A model generated the notes under the pieces. That model was not told where the DNA came from. It made no database searches and saw only the letters and a list, made by a program, of their open reading frames with translations. From NCBI RefSeq assembly GCF_006345805.1, contig NW_021836777.1, positions 1-22,430 on the forward strand: a DNA stretch of 22,430 bases. The letters are read 5' to 3'. Made by a program: the position numbers and the translations under genes. Below are positions 20,156 through 22,430 of this stretch, piece after piece (position 1 is the first letter of the stretch; each line of letters begins with the position of its first letter). This DNA comes from Octopus sinensis (Eukaryota).

Positions 20156-21028
20156 CGTGTGAGTGTGAGTGTTTACATACATACAAGCACATATCCATAT
20201 ATATGTATATATATATATACACATTCTCTCTGTCTCTCCCTCTCACACACGCATGCACGCACGCACGCACATGCAAACAGAAATACACACACGTACGTAC
20301 GTACGTATAGATATATATATGTATACACGTCACTATATGTTATTTCTTTCTCCTTTAAATGTTGGGATTATCGCATAAAGCTTACATTGTTAACTAACAA
20401 CAACAATAATTTTTATTAATTTTTATGAATTATCCTTATATTTTCTCTATTTTTACAAAAAAAAAGTGTTTTTATATTATATTCTTCGTATATCATATTA
20501 TAAGTTATATTCTTTCATCGTTGTCTGTCTATAGAAATAAAGATTTAAGTTGAATTTACTGCGGTGTATTGTTACGTTATGATGGGTGTGTAATATCTCT
20601 GATAATAGACACCACTATAGCATTATACCATAGTGAGTGGATATAGAAATAGCATTGTGCATTGTGAAATATATTCTATTTGGTGATTTATTTGTCATAT
20701 TTTTCGTTGTCGTTTATGCTTTTTATAACTATGTTAATATATGTTTGTCTGTACGTTGATAGTTATATATACGTATATATATACGGTATGTGTGTACATA
20801 TATATATATATGTATATATATAATATATATATATATACAGAGGGAGAGAGAGAGAGGGAGGAGGGGAGAAAGAGTACTGTGTTTTTCTACATATATGTAT
20901 GTCCACGTAGAGTTATGTGTGTAATTATACACTTATATAATTATATAAATATATACATATCCGCGTGTGTAGACACACACACACACGCGCGCGCCACACA
21001 CATACGTATGTATGAATACAGTATGATG

Positions 21029-21084
<56 letters not shown>

Positions 21085-21403
21085 GGTGTGTGTGTGTGTG
21101 TATGTATATATGTCTGTATATATATGTGTATATATGTATATATATATATATGTATATATGTATGTAGATATGTAAATATGTATGCATTTATATATGTATA
21201 TATGTATGTATATGTATGTGTGTTCATATAGCCGTGTATATACTAGTCTATGTACACATATATACATAAATATAAATAGGCTACATATAATATGTATCTG
21301 TAAGAAAATAATGTCTATATTTTAATCCCAGTTTAGTACGACAGGGTATATGTATGTGTTATATACATATAATATATATAAAACATATGTATATATATGC
21401 AAG

Positions 21404-21446
<43 letters not shown>

Positions 21447-21489
21447 CAAAGGTAGTTTTCTCGTGTGTTGAAATGTACACTATTGTGTG

Positions 21490-21526
<37 letters not shown>

Positions 21527-21776
21527 CTGTGTGCGTGTGTGCTGTGTTTATGTATATAACTATACATATATATATAGATATATATGTCTATGTATCAATA
21601 TGCGTATATATATATGTGTGTATGTATAAAATATATATACATACAAACACTTGTATATGCATATATATATGTATATATGTATATACATATATATATATAT
21701 ACATACATATATATAACATATGTATATGCAACATCTACATATATATATACACATATATACATGTGTATAATTATAT

Positions 21777-21808
<32 letters not shown>

Positions 21809-22349
21809 CATATATATAATACGTGAACATATGGTCATGTGTGTATGTAAGCATTTCTGTTAATGCACGTCTCATTGTTCCCTTTGTGCTTCGACTGACA
21901 ATGCATGAGAAAATATTTCCATAGATTCTTATATTTACAGAAAATAAATACACATAGATACGTACACATACACTGTAACACACGTATACAACCACGCGTA
22001 CGCACACATACACCCAAACACACAAAGCACACAAAAACACATATATATATATATATATATATACATATTCCCCACCATTCCCTGATCGCTACCTCTCATT
22101 GTGATCACTGCCTGATCCTCATTGATACAGACACAGTGTGGCGCTGTTTACAATACTCATTTCGTAGCAGGTGCATCAACAAACATTGAAATATATATAC
22201 ATATATACATACATATATACCATACATATATACATACATACATACATACAATACATACATATATACATACTACATACATACACCATATATATATATATAT
22301 ATACATATTATATATATAATGTATATCGTATATATATAATATATTATAT

Positions 22350-22430
<81 letters not shown>
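19280..22430. repeat. About 3-kb field of compound (TA)n/(CA)n/(TG)n/(AGAT)n microsatellites with short unique spacers
   Basis: Directly visible. The main unique islands are near 20340-20730, 21830-21960 and 22070-22190. Confidence 0.9.

Overview
Eukaryotic, AT-rich, almost entirely non-coding DNA. The SINE families and very high microsatellite load resemble an octopus (coleoid cephalopod) genome; this is an inference from recalled repeat families, not a search result. No intact protein-coding gene is supported, and nearly all long ORFs in the track are microsatellite artefacts. The window holds about 20 tRNA-derived SINE copies in four families (labelled A-D here) and two copies of an older repeat (family E). 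It also holds three decayed mariner transposase fossils, CR1 and RTE LINE fragments, and a Helentron/HINE-like element. The main discovery is a 722-bp fold-back element (17347-18068) whose ~160-bp inverted arms each carry an intact minimal type I hammerhead ribozyme, one on each strand, enclosing a 155-bp direct repeat. A third, decayed hammerhead lies at 1271-1316. Other notable structures: three tandem SINEs enclosed by one 17-bp target-site duplication inside a mariner fossil, a SINE inserted antisense into its own family with a 12-bp TSD, and a 19-bp apparently templated insertion.
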